From: Fistulifera solaris
Lineage: Eukaryota
NCBI GenBank assembly: GCA_030295235.1
Contig: AP026126.1
Coordinates: 1,798,001-1,862,000, forward strand
Direction: 5' to 3'
Length of the DNA: 64,000 nt
This document shows positions 1-12,052 of the stretch, one piece after another (the first letter of the stretch is position 1; each line of letters starts with the position of its first letter). Below the pieces are notes generated by a model that ran no database searches, was not told where the DNA came from, and saw only the letters and a list, made by a program, of their open reading frames with translations. The translations under genes were made by a program, and so were the position numbers.

Positions 1-362
1 CGCAATGTTAGGAAATATTGATCAGCGCCCAGAGGCCGGCAGGCGCCGGACTCGGGTAAACAGTACAGTTACGGAAGAGTCCACGATTTCCAGTTAAATC
101 ACATTAAGAAATTCCCTAGAGTACTTAAAGTCGTGAATTTTCAAAGTAGAAAAATATGCTTAATTAGGATAAAACCAATTGCACGTTGGAGTACCGCCTG
201 CGATTTCATCATGATAGTAAAATCTCGCTCTTACAGTCACATAACGCCAACACGGCTTTTGAGCGAGCACTTGGATCACAAACCTCCACCTTTCGTACCC
301 GTCCATTCAGAGCTTGGGAAACTTCTGTACAAACAATAAACCAAGCTTTGAAGTGATTAACC

Positions 363-2036
363 ATGGAAGAATTTGCAGCAATACGATCACCCATGTCGGA
401 AAAACTGAGTCCGAGTTCTCGGTTCGAGCCAGCGCAAACGATGAGTGACGATGACAAGAGCATCGTGGACAAAGTTCAACAACAGCATACTTTACCAACA
501 CTGTTCCGAGGGAGTGACGAAGAGAACCAAGCAGATGAGTTGACTGTTGTATCTAAGCTTGAGAGCGGTCGCACTCTACCGTATCAATGGGATGATCATC
601 TCGATCCTTTCGTTTCGGACCCAAGCGCCCTCAACAATTTTTTTTGCAGTGTCGGCAGAAAAGTCCACTAAAGACGAAATATCACCTCTTCAAGAAAAGC
701 GAGCAACACCTTTGAATTATACAGCGTCCTCGTCTTCTGTCAGGTCCGCTAAACAGATGTTGCGTTCAAGGAAGGATCAACGAAATTCGCAAAGTAGTAC
801 TCGCTCGGTTTTATCCAAAACCACGCGTGATCTCATCTTCAATGAAAGCACAGACTCATCAGACAATGATAATGACGGCCCTCTTGCAAAGGTTCCTTCG
901 ATGGAAGAAGTGCTTCCCCCACGTATTGCGTTTATTCATTCGCTACGTGAGAGTCTTGACGATCATGATGATCGACACAGCGTGAAGTCTTTTAAGATCA
1001 AAAAGACGCAAAGCAAACAAAGCCAAAAAGTGACAAAAAACTCTTCAAACATGAGCTACGCATTGGTCACTTCAGCAAGTAGATGGAGCAAGGTCCCCAA
1101 AGTAGACGACCAGGAGAAATTACCAATGCAACGTTCAGCAGGAAAGAATGAGATGGTTCGTCAGAATCCTTTTTCGATTTCAAACCCCTTTGCGAATAGT
1201 TGCTTGCCTTCTCAGATTACAAAAGATATTAAAGAGGAGAAAAGGGACGTTCTAACGATCCAGCCACCCAATAAACTCTCTTTTTAACTGAACTATTTCA
1301 GTGCGGAAACAAATACGACGACGACGTTATAAGTCCCCGAAATACTCAGATAATTCTCGACGTTTTTGATAAAACACTGTGCGGAATTCCAGCAAAGATG
1401 GCGAACATCAGCTTGGATGATCTTCTCGATGAAGAAGGGGAAGACGATCTGGACATGAAAAGGCCAAAATCAAGGAAAACCAGGCCACCATCGGAGAGCA
1501 AATTTAGTAACCCATCTTCAAGCGCTAACGTGGATCAATCTAGCCACCTCTATGGGTTATTGAAAGAGCACATGAACAGTAGCCCCGACGAATCGAAAAG
1601 CCATACTGTGGGACGCTCTGTCGACAATGATCCTGAAGTACAGCGTGAGCTACAACGGTTGTGTAAACTATTGGAAGCCAAGCTGGATGGACACGGGCCA
1701 GAGCCTGCCTATGAATCTGATTTCGACGATGCCTACTATGAGAGTGAAAGTGAAAGTGATTTTGACGATGATGAGGATGAAAAGCTCTTTCAAAATTGGA
1801 TGCGATCAGGCCCTATTATGGAGCTTTTTGGCATAGGTTGTCACGACAAAAATGGTGCTATGCGTGAGATTACTAACGATGATCGTATCATGTCTGGTCG
1901 CTCATATCACAGCAATGATAGACTTTATCCCGGAGAGGAGGATGAATACTATGACGAGTTTGACGAGGAGTACTACAGTGATGCTGAAAGCACGGAAAGC
2001 AATCTCACAATCGTAGCAGCAAATGATTACAAATAA
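363..2036 (+). CDS. Hypothetical low-complexity protein with acidic C-terminus (one gene split by two homopolymer frameshifts)
   Basis: ORFs 363-671, 547-1287 and 1398-2036 join into one frame if one T is removed from T8 (638-645) and one T is added to T5 (1281-1285), giving ...LNNFFAVSAEK...KLSFLTELFQCG... Confidence 0.6.
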
Positions 2037-2124
2037 CGATAGGTTGATTATTGTGAGCAATCCGGTTTCAGCAGAAAGAATATTGATACTCTGTTTTATA
2101 TGACGTATTTCTCTAGCTTTCTCA

Positions 2125-3541
2125 TTAGTCCAAACAGCCAAAGTCTACGTAGTTTGGTCGCTCACAGGCAATGTATTCATCCACTAGATTCTGGACCGTT
2201 TCTCGTGCATGATCGAACTCGTCCAGCGAATCAGCAAACATGGGTTCTCTTCGATAATTGTCCAAGAAAGCGTTCCTGCTTCTGATCCTATCGTATTGCT
2301 TTAGTAATCGGTCAAAGAGCTCCGCCATTCCTGTGTGATTGGCGAGCATGAAACCAGAGACTTTGTGTTTGGTTTCCACAAACGGCGACTTTCGCGCCAT
2401 GGCAACTTGGATCGACGCGGGTCCCCAAGGAATGAAATTGAGAGCATTGCGCTCTCGTATTCGTTGCAAGGCTTTGTGAACCTGAGTAGGATCGATTTCG
2501 TTACCTTGGATGATGTTGAGAATGGAGATATAGCATCCCGACCTCGTATTGGCCGAAACCATGACATTTTTCGGTTGCGTCAAGCGCCTCATGACGTCTA
2601 GCACGGTAGTCTTTCGAACGCCGGCAATGACTTCGGTTTCCTCGTCCATCAAATTAAGTGGAGTATATCCCGTCATGAGAAAGTGACAGCGGGGTGTGGG
2701 AATCAATGAGGCGAGTAGACCAATGAGGTCATTGTTCATGTAGCCTGGATACCGCAACGTTGTTGTACTCGCCGCCATGATGGTAGCGACCAGACTATTC
2801 AAATGATCGACAGATGGATTATCAATGCGCAAACGCTCCATAGCAATCCGATTCAAAGCCGAGTTATCCAAGACCACCACCGCATCCGCATTGAGTGTCA
2901 ATCGCTTCATCGTTAAAATGGAGTTGTAAGGTTGCACTACCACGTCCGACTGATCCGCCCAACTGGGGAAAACTGAATACGTCTGAATCAATTTCTTGGG
3001 AAAATGATCGTTCAAGGCCTCCAAAAGATACGAACCCATCCCACTTCCTGTCCCTCCCGCAATACTGTGGCACAAGACAAATCCTTCCAAGGAATCCGAA
3101 TTATCGCTCTCTCTATCAATCATATCCAATACCTGTTCATGGTGTTCTTCTCCTTGTCGAAAACCGCTAGCCCAGTTGTTTCCCGCACCGCCCCCTTCTT
3201 GTGCAATAAACAGATTTTCGGGATTGAAGAGTTTCTGATTCGCGTGCGCCAATTTGTTGACAACGCGCGGTTCTAAATCAATCAACAGTGCTCTCGGTAT
3301 GTATCGATCATCGTCGGATTGATAAAAGAAGACGTCTTTTCGATCTTCTACGGCGGGTTGATTTTGCTGTTGCCAGAAAGAAGGTGAAGAAGAAGAAGAA
3401 GCCGAAGGAGTCCCCACGGGTTTTTTCTTTCAGCGTCCCGTCCGCGCAAATGCCGTGTTCGAGCGTCAGTTGCTTCCAAAATTCTCCTCCAATCTGATTG
3501 CCACATTGACCAACTTGTAATGTAATGATTTCGCGCGGCAT
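2125..3541 (-). CDS. TUBG1: Gamma-tubulin
   Basis: [18 protein letters not shown] start, [47 protein letters not shown]. One frameshift at the T6 run 3421-3426. Confidence 0.97.
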
Positions 3542-3616
3542 TTTCGCTACGTTACCGCTAGTTGAGGGATAAATTTGAATAATGTGTTTCTATTGCTCTC
3601 GATCTCTTTTATTATA

Positions 3617-3907
3617 GTCCTTGTTGTCTGTCATTCCTTTTACCAGTAGTATTGGTCGGATCTCTGATCTCTGACTGATATCTCGCGTCTCGCATCTCGC
3701 CCGCTTCTTGACAGGTTGTTAACAATAAAACACGATGCTATCATACTGGTACCTGAACACAATTTAAGAGATACTCCAAAATTTCAAATTGTGTTTTTTA
3801 ATTACTACGTAAAAGTTGCCGCGCACTTAATTAAAGTCATTTGAATTACAGTGCGTCATCAGAACTGTGTCTAAAAGCTACAGACACGTTTTTACCGGTA
3901 CGGTACT
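3617..3907. repeat. Imperfect direct repeat, copy 1 (promoter-region duplication; partner at 8162-8365)
   Basis: Colinear shared blocks: gtccttgtt..tgtcattc, atctcgYccgct, gttaacaataaaacacg, aaatttcaaa, ttacagtgcgtcat, tgtgtctaaa, ccggtac. Confidence 0.8.
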
Positions 3908-4088
3908 CATGTGTACTTCATAGGAACTGTATCAGAACTTGTACCTGGGCCTTGGATGTCGCGTTGCACGAAAAACCCTCACGCAAAACGCGAGGAACAC
4001 ACGAAGCACCAACCTCGTTGATCTCATTTCTTACCCGAAGCACGAGCTCCTCGTTCTTCTATTTCATCATTAGAAAGAAAATCCTTCC

Positions 4089-5870
4089 ATGTCTGATCGA
4101 TTGTTGTCCATACTCATGCGCCTTCTGGCGCGTGATGATGACAGTCTTCGTGACGACGCCGTCTCGGTTCTTGGTGAGATCGCCGACGACTCCATTGCCG
4201 GTCGCGATTCGGTCTTACGGGCGGGTGCCATGCAAGCACTACTCTCACAGTTCAATTACGACTCTACGGTGAGGATGATGCGCAAGGCAACCCTGACTTT
4301 GTCTAGATTCTGCCGTGGGGTGCCCCGCCCGGACTTTGAATTGGTTCGACTTGCAGTGCCAACGTTGGCGGAACTACTGCATTATCCGGACGAAGAAGTC
4401 GTGACGGATGCTTGCTGGGCGATCAACTACATATCGGACAGTCCCGAGGAGTATAAGCAAGCAGTTATTGATGCCGGAATCATTCCCCACCTGCTTGCCC
4501 AACTACGTCGCGACATGTAAGTATTTTCTGGTCGCGCAAGTTCACAATGGTCACCTGTTGCTGTTCTTATCTCACTTTTGCCCCTCTTTAGCAAAGATAT
4601 CCAGACCCCGGCACTTATGGCTATTGGAAGCATTGCTAGCGGTAACCCTTCACAAACACAGTGTGTTATTGACAATGATGCACTCCCTTGTTTATTGGAC
4701 CTTCTCTCAAGTTCGCACGTTGGTATCCGCAAGTACGCATGCTGGGCTATCTCGAACGTCACAGCGGGGAGTGCGGAGCAAATTCAAGCTGTCATCAATT
4801 GCAATATTATCCTCCCTCTGGTACAGCTTCTCAGCAATTTTCGTGTACGAAGACAAGCTGCTTATGCCATCTACAACGCTACTTCTGGAGGCAGTCGGGT
4901 ACAGATCTTGCATCTTGTTGAGCAAGGCTGCATTCGTCCCCTGTGTGATCTATTGACGGTCTTAGACGTAGAGACTGTGACAATTGTCCTCAAGACGTTG
5001 CAAAAACTATTGATGATTGATGATGAACTCTCTCGTCGATTCATTGTCATGCTTATTGAAGGCGCGCGAGGGCATCATAAGATCAAGCAGCTCCGAGAGC
5101 GTCAAATCCACAATATAAACAAAAAAGTCTTTGATATACTCCAAATAATGTATTGCGGAGGAGGAGAACAGGAAGAAGAAATAGAGGTTATCAATGTCGA
5201 TAGTTCATTACATGTACTACGACAAGCTGAGGGACGGGACAACGTTGTCACCCCCACGGACACGATAGAAGCTGTTTCAGGTCCGCTTGCGCTTGTACCC
5301 GATGCTGCAATTTCGGCTAATGTAGATGTGCAAGATTCTTCGGAGAACTTTTTTATGGAAGATTTAAAGTTGGAAGACACGGAGAATATAATACCCGAAG
5401 TTCAAGAAGAGACATTTGAAGGTACGGAAAGTTCGCTTTTTGAGCCCCCCGCGCCAGCTGGGGCTTCGGAGGTGTCCCTAGGTGGGCTTGCAGGACCATC
5501 GATCCCCGTTTTCACTGGCAAAGTCAACTTGTGGACGACGGCCGCAACCGCTTACGTTCGCGACCCAACTAATCCAGACAGAAAAGTGCGAGTCGGATGC
5601 CCGTTGTGTCCGGACTCTACTTACATTAGCTTAGATTTGTACCGTGATTCCTTCAACGAAAACTACGACCCAGATGGAGATGGTAGACTTGTGCAGCAAA
5701 ATGGGATGTACTCACATCGTTTGGATCTCGGCATACCCCTTCGTGCAAATACTTGGGTTTCTGCTGCTGATGTTCAACAAATAAAGAAAAACCTTTGGCG
5801 ACATGTAAATAAATTTGAACAGAAGCATCCTAAATGCGTCAAACCACAAGCATTCTTCTACAATGGATAG
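4089..5870 (+). CDS. Truncated importin-alpha-like ARM-repeat protein with acidic linker and C-terminal Cys/His domain
   Basis: Importin-alpha ARM motifs DEEVVTDACWAINY, TPALMAIGSIASG, IRKYACWAISNVTAG, LVEQGCIRPLCDLL. In-frame intron 4517-4591. No IBB domain. Confidence 0.8.
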
Positions 5871-6099
5871 GGACCTCATTGGATTGTTGCTTGTCAAAAA
5901 CTCGAATCAGAAAACGACCCAATGGCCCTCCACAAAAATGGATAGCATAAACATGTCATTTATTCAGATAATCCCAACTTAGACTTCGTATTGACTTAAT
6001 TGCATCTTCCAATCCAACATCCATGGCGAGGATCACTTGCCGCACCCCAGCGATACGTGGTGGTTGCTTATTGTGTGGATCGCCTATTATGACAATACT

Positions 6100-8135
6100 T
6101 CTTGCCGAGAACTTTCAAACATTAAACGAGAAAACGCAATAGAACAACAACCCTTTGACCAATATACAATTTGAAGTTACCCCTGCGTAAGTCTTTAGTA
6201 TAATGTTTGATCTAGGAACGTTCCAGAAAGTTAGCAAAATGAAGTGCATTTGATGTAATGAAGTTTGACGGACTCGAAACTTAACCAGTAATTTCTCGAG
6301 CCGAAAATCATTACCGGTGACTCCTCTTTGCCATAAATCCGGTTTGGACCTTTCCACGCTTAGCCAACAACGCCTTTAGGCGTTACTTGGCGTGTGATTG
6401 TTGTGTGAACCACGGCTTGCGACCATTCATCTAGCCGAGACGTTTAGACAAGGATGCCGAAAGACGTAACAAAACAGAGAGCGCATTAGATCGACCATTT
6501 TGCTCAACCAATTCCAAATTTGAAACGATCTATGAACAGCTTGTTGGTGAGTTCAAAGCGTAAGAGAGAATGAAGTGAAGGACAACTTATTCGACGATCA
6601 CGACGTAACGGTTTTTGTTCGCGACAGCTTGCCACAGCGTCCTGATGCTCCGTTCTCGCGATGAATCTGGTTTGGACCTTTTCAAGCACACCCGATGATG
6701 TCTTTTAGCGATACTTGGGCGTAGGCTGTTGTGCAGACAGCGGCTTTATGGCAGTGCATACCGCCGAGATCTCGAAAGAGTTGTCGTACAACAAAACCGA
6801 AAGAGAATTAGCATTAGCACAGCGATCTTTTGACAGATCCTTGATCTGGAAGGATTCCTGCACAGTTCCTTAGTTCTATTATCGATCGAAGTTCAAAGGG
6901 TCACCGGAGAATATTCGAAATTGAGTACAAAATATGTGACGATCAGGACACTTACAATCAGTTGCTAGCGACAACTTGCAATTGCATGGGGAAGAGCGAC
7001 AAAAAGCCTTTCGGCGGACGAAAGCAACAACGAAACTTCTTTTCGACTCCGTACGACCCAAAACAATGACACCAGCAATTTGATTCCATCTGAAATTATG
7101 TAGTCATATGTCGTCCAAATTTTCGATCTTTCAAGCGGTGATGCACAAGAACTTACGTCTGGAATGTTCAAGAGAGCAATTGACATGGATCCGACTATGT
7201 GTGTTATTGATTCAGCACAGCCAAATGGGACTGGTGTCTACCGAAGCAATTTCAAAAAATTTTGTGAAACGTCTCGTTCTCATTACGATTTCATAAGTTC
7301 CGACACTAAGTCAGCTCCTCCTAACAACAAGTCGTCAGATGATTCAGGAAGCGGAACTATCAGCACAAACGATCACCTCCATCGAAATTTCCTGGTCCTG
7401 CGACAGCACCTACTTTAAAGAAACCCGGGACCGGTTGTGTTTTTGAGATACGAGAAAAACAAAAACAAAGCAATACAAGAGACACCAGAGGAGCCGAGGG
7501 AGGAGCGTTAAGTCACGGAAGCGGAGAAACAAAAAGCCAAGTATGCGGCCAAGATAATGTATGCAGAGGCTTGGAAAGATGGTGATCCTTACGAAGTCTT
7601 GAACATTCCGATGGATCGCTTGACTTTGAAAGCGCTGATAGAAATGGCTGAAAGCAGCAAGAAGTGTGAATATGAATCGTGGCAAGAGGAAGCGAACAAT
7701 TTCGAATATGTTGAAGATGACGACAACGACGGCGACGGCGAAATGGTGTCGTCTGATATTTCTTTGAGGAAGAGACAGATCCTGTGATTGGTGAAACTAT
7801 TGACGATAAGGAGAGTAACGAAAATGGGACAGCCAGCACATCAAATACAAAGCGATCATACAATTACCAAGTCAAGACGGTAGAAGTGCCCAATTCACAT
7901 GTCGTCGTCCCCAAAAATCAGATCACGAGAATTTCAAACGAGGCCCGAGCGTGGAGAAAACTGCTTGCTTGAATGGAAAAAGCGGGAAAATATGAACCGG
8001 CTAAACTCGCGAAGCGATTATATGCAGCAGCGCTCATTCAAGCCCCTCGTCTCTCAATTAATGTTGCCGAGAGCAAATTTTTCCCATGGTTATTGCCGGA
8101 TTTTTGACGGACTTGGGACTCAGCTACGACTCTGA
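6100..8135 (+). pseudogene. Possible decayed gene or transposon relic (identity unknown)
   Basis: About 2 kb without a long ORF in an otherwise gene-dense region. Protein-like fragments on + (7164-7418, 7557-7787, 7784-7972) and a stop-interrupted frame at ~6120-6535. Confidence 0.3.
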
Positions 8136-8161
8136 GTCACTAGCTAGCGGGCAGCACGTTC

Positions 8162-8365
8162 GTCCTTGTTATCATGTCATTCGTTTCGGATCTCGTCCGC
8201 TCCTCGTTTGGTTAACAATAAAACACGCTGCATTCGTATTGGTACGTAGCTACAGTTTACCTCAGAGCTCGAAATTTCAAACAGCCTCGGACATTATGGT
8301 CATCTGGTTTACAGTGCGTCATTACAAGTGTGTCTAAACCCCACTACAACGTTTGACCCGGTACT
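8162..8365. repeat. Imperfect direct repeat, copy 2 (partner at 3617-3907)
   Basis: Same ordered blocks as 3617-3907, separated by indels. Confidence 0.8.
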
Positions 8366-8599
8366 CCAATTTACTTTTTTACTGGAGAGTCGTGGAACGC
8401 AACGACACACCCAAAAAAATGCCACGGACACGGATTTCCAACTTCCAACACGGACGAGAGACTCCTCGTCGTCCTCGCCTTTTCGCCTCTTGCTCGTCGT
8501 TGATTATTCACCTCATTTCGTCGGTCCTTCAAACAAAGAGCGAAAGGTTCCCTTATCACGTGTTTTCTCCATCAACTCATTATAATATAGTAAACAAGC

Positions 8600-9637
8600 A
8601 TGGCAAAGACATCACCACGACAACGTTTATCGCCTACAACACGGACTCTGGTGAACGGCGAGAACGACCACCGACCCCTCATCACGAAGACAGATGCGAA
8701 GGAACGAATGGAGGATTCCGAAATAGAAGCCGAAATCGCGCGAACGAATCATGATTACTTTAATCTGGTCGCATTAGTAAGTTAAGATTTGTCAAATCTA
8801 CAACGAAAATGGAGAAACAACTGGGCGGTTTGTCCTAAATTGTGTTGTTACCTTTCCAGGTACCGGTCGTCTTGACTTTGCTTCCGAACTGGGATCTTCC
8901 CAAATTATTTTCTTTCTCGGCATATCCAGCTAGTTGTTATACAGGAGAATATTTCTTTCTTAATTGGACGGTACGTTTACTAATTGCGCGGACCCGAGCT
9001 CAAGAGTTACATGTGTTGATATTTCCTCATTGTCATTTCCGATTTTCTATTTCGCAGGTAACCGCTCTTTACTTCATTATCGATCTACTTTGGGTTATGA
9101 AAGTTCCAACTTGTGTCAAAAGTCCCGATGTCATTATAAAGGTACGCGTCACAGATGTTATTTCTCAACTCGATAATTCGATCAAATTAAACTAACCAAC
9201 GTTCGCTCGATTCAAAAAAGCATCACAAAATTAGTCTCGTATATCTACTAGCACCCATTTTCTTTCCGCAATATGCCTGGTTCATGGGAGCCGTTCTATC
9301 CGTCGAAATTAATACATGGTTTCTCATTTTACGTCGGGTCATCTACAAGAATAAAGTACACCCCCTTCTGGCCGAAACGGTTTCCTTTTGCTTTTATATC
9401 ACATGGATCGCGATTCGCTGCATTGTCTATCCGTTCATTCTCTTGGATTTTCTCCGTCTATATGTTGCTAAAGTACAAGAAACAGAAACATTGTTCCATT
9501 GGCCTATGTTGGCGATTCCCGTTCACGCCATGCTGTGTATTCTCAATCTCAAGTGGACGTACGATTTGTTTGCGCCCATTGTCCAACGGTGGGTTAGCTG
9601 TGATGCAGAAACACCCACCATTGCCACGGGGTTGTAA
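8600..9637 (+). CDS. TLC (TRAM/LAG1/CLN8) domain membrane protein
   Basis: Four exons with introns 8777-8859, 8971-9057 and 9142-9220. Motifs YFIID, IIKHH, EINTWFL, R..VYP and LNLKW, plus several hydrophobic segments. Confidence 0.8.
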
Positions 9638-9799
9638 TGAGTATTATTAATAGTAGTAGTATTGTGAATCGTCAACTGAAACAAAAATTGTGCGCAAGTG
9701 AAATTTAGAATTCTATTGCTACATGTTTATCGACAAATGGGGGTAATCATTGACTGTTTTGGTGCTGCTCTTTCTTCTGCGCCTGTTTCGCTCCGTCTT

Positions 9800-12052
9800 T
9801 CAAAGCAGGGGCAAGGTTGGGAATGATGCGACCAAGTACGCCTCGAGAACAGAGACACCTGCACCGGGGTGAGTTATCATCCAATTCGCTTGTTCATCCA
9901 TCACGTCGCGAAAGGCTGGGCCACGAGGAATCCGAGGGAGTAATTTCTTCACTGCCTCTCCGTCCAGTAAGGGTTCCTGGTGCCAAATACCGATGAGTCC
10001 CAGCTGCTGCCAAGCTGCGGCAAACGCATCAAACGACTCGATGATACCTCGACGTTGCTCATCTTGATAATCGTCTACAATATCACCCTCAATGGCGTAG
10101 CTAATGTCGCCCTCAAGTGCTGCCAGTTGCTCCGAAATAGCAAGTATGAGACTGGCACGCCAAAGGGGGCCGACTTTTATCAGCACTTGCGCACAGCGTT
10201 GTCGAAATTCCATCGCGTGAATCCAGAGAGGATCCTCTTCTGTCGCCGAATCAATGTTGTGACCGTTCATTGTGCAAAAAACGCTGGTCTGATCATGATC
10301 GGCGCTTTCTCGGCGAGAAGTTACGAGAACATCACTCAAAAGAATCATAGTGGCCGAAATATCTCCGCCAGATCCCATCAAATGCGCTATTTGATCGGAT
10401 GCAATCAAGATTTTTTCCACTGATTCAGCGTCTCGGGTAGGCCGCTTTAGCTCGTCAACTAATATCTTTGAAATGATAGATCGGTTTGACTTTTTGTTTC
10501 TCGCACTTGGTGTCTCGGCAGCATTCTTTCTCCAGAGTGCGGTTTCGTCCCATAGAGGCTTCAAAAAGGCAGCGTACCACAACAGGCGACGAGATTCGCA
10601 ATCGTCGACAAGTCGACAGCCTCCGTCATAAATAGGATTTTGTGCCGTGCACCATAGCGGAGGCGATAATCGGCAATCGGCCAAATGCTCATGTGCTGTT
10701 GATAACAAAGTAAGACCCATGCAAAAAATCCGTCGCGTTGTGTCGGCACAATCATCGCCACCATATTCGCAAAGGTACTTTGAAATCGGAAATACAGTGT
10801 CGACCAGCTTCAAATTGATCAAAAGTCGCATTGCACCGACCGGATCGGGTGATCTCAGCATCAAGTCAATCTCGCCACCAACGCGTTCACGAGAGACTTT
10901 CTGCCCCAATGCTGAGCGCACTCGATCGTCCATGGCCGACGCCTTTAATTCCGGGTCCATTCCAAAGCGCAAGCGGGCCGCGAAACGGATGGATCGCAGT
11001 ACTCGAAGGGGATCATCGAGCAATGTCGTCAAAGGTGCCAGCGGAGTAGCCACAATTCCTCTTCGTAGGTCGTCAAAGCCTCGCCTCGTCCAGTCTTCTA
11101 CCTGTCCGGTGTTGATGTTGTAAAACAAAGCATTGATCGTCAAGTCACGACGGAACGCGTCTTCCTCGGCAGTTCCGATTCTCATCAAATCAGGTATTCG
11201 GCTATCTTGTGTGTATTCTTCCGCACGCAGATTAACAAAGTCAATCCAAAACGAGTCAACCTTCATGGTTGCCGTTTCAAGGTGCTTCGATTTTTCCGGA
11301 TTTTTCAAAACAACGCCCACTGATACCGTATCTTCTCCCTGTGAAGTCAAGTATTCATTGAGATGATCCGCAAACTCGCGTCCTAGCATGTCATCGAGTG
11401 CTATGTCAATGTCGACTGGCGAATTCGATGATTCATCACGGCTGACAAGCACTTTTGTTCCCTGTCTTCCCAGAGAAGGTGCAGGTTTTTGAAACTTAGA
11501 TGTCAACCGATTGCCCCCTATATCAAACACCTTGTGGTACGTTTGAAACTCTGGAGTTGCCAGTAATTTATCACGGACCCAACCACCAGCTACACGGAGG
11601 GTGGTATTGAGATTCGTCTTTTCTCGAACGTGGCGAAGTAAATTGAAGAGTTGTTTTTCTTCGTCTGTCAAATGAATCGATGGACCATATCCCTCTCGAG
11701 GACGGTTACTCTTCGAAGATCCGTGAGAAGAAGACGAGGAGGAAGCAACAGCCGAAAAGAAACGGACACTATCCGTACGGCTCATTGTCATCGAATAAGG
11801 AGATTGTTCGGAAGAAATGCCAAGTTTCCGTTGAAAAGCTGCCATCGACGAAGTCTGTAACATATCATGCACCAGGATTCCTCCGAGTAACCTGAGTTCT
11901 CTCGAATCAGCTACCATATTCCATTTCGCTGATGAAAAAGGCCTTTCTCTCATCTTGATTGATCCGAGCCATGAGGTTTTCGCATTCGCTTGTATCCCAT
12001 GTTGTTGTAAGAGTGTGCTGCGCAAAGCGGATATTTTGAGTTGTAGCATCAT
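9800..12052 (-). CDS. CCA1: CCA tRNA nucleotidyltransferase (class II nucleotidyltransferase) with N-terminal extension
   Basis: RVAGGWVRD, DIDI, KSKHLETA, DFVNLR, EDAFRRDLTINAL, DDPLRVLR, SRERVG. Start codon uncertain. Confidence 0.9.
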   Translation of the reverse strand: MMLQLKISALRSTLLQQHGIQANAKTSWLGSIKMRERPFSSAKWNMVADSRELRLLGGILVHDMLQTSSMAAFQRKLGISSEQSPYSMTMSRTDSVRFFSAVASSSSSSHGSSKSNRPREGYGPSIHLTDEEKQLFNLLRHVREKTNLNTTLRVAGGWVRDKLLATPEFQTYHKVFDIGGNRLTSKFQKPAPSLGRQGTKVLVSRDESSNSPVDIDIALDDMLGREFADHLNEYLTSQGEDTVSVGVVLKNPEKSKHLETATMKVDSFWIDFVNLRAEEYTQDSRIPDLMRIGTAEEDAFRRDLTINALFYNINTGQVEDWTRRGFDDLRRGIVATPLAPLTTLLDDPLRVLRSIRFAARLRFGMDPELKASAMDDRVRSALGQKVSRERVGGEIDLMLRSPDPVGAMRLLINLKLVDTVFPISKYLCEYGGDDCADTTRRIFCMGLTLLSTAHEHLADCRLSPPLWCTAQNPIYDGGCRLVDDCESRRLLWYAAFLKPLWDETALWRKNAAETPSARNKKSNRSIISKILVDELKRPTRDAESVEKILIASDQIAHLMGSGGDISATMILLSDVLVTSRRESADHDQTSVFCTMNGHNIDSATEEDPLWIHAMEFRQRCAQVLIKVGPLWRASLILAISEQLAALEGDISYAIEGDIVDDYQDEQRRGIIESFDAFAAAWQQLGLIGIWHQEPLLDGEAVKKLLPRIPRGPAFRDVMDEQANWMITHPGAGVSVLEAYLVASFPTLPLL

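Noticed and set aside
3617..8365. LTR retrotransposon defined by the direct repeats
   Set aside because: No TG...CA ends, primer-binding site, polypurine tract or gag/pol motifs seen; the repeats are patchy and promoter-like.
9980..11895. Long antisense ORFs (also at 21833-23688, 26756-27355, 42132-43938, 47535-49706)
   Set aside because: They are shadows of real genes on the opposite strand and have no recognisable motifs.
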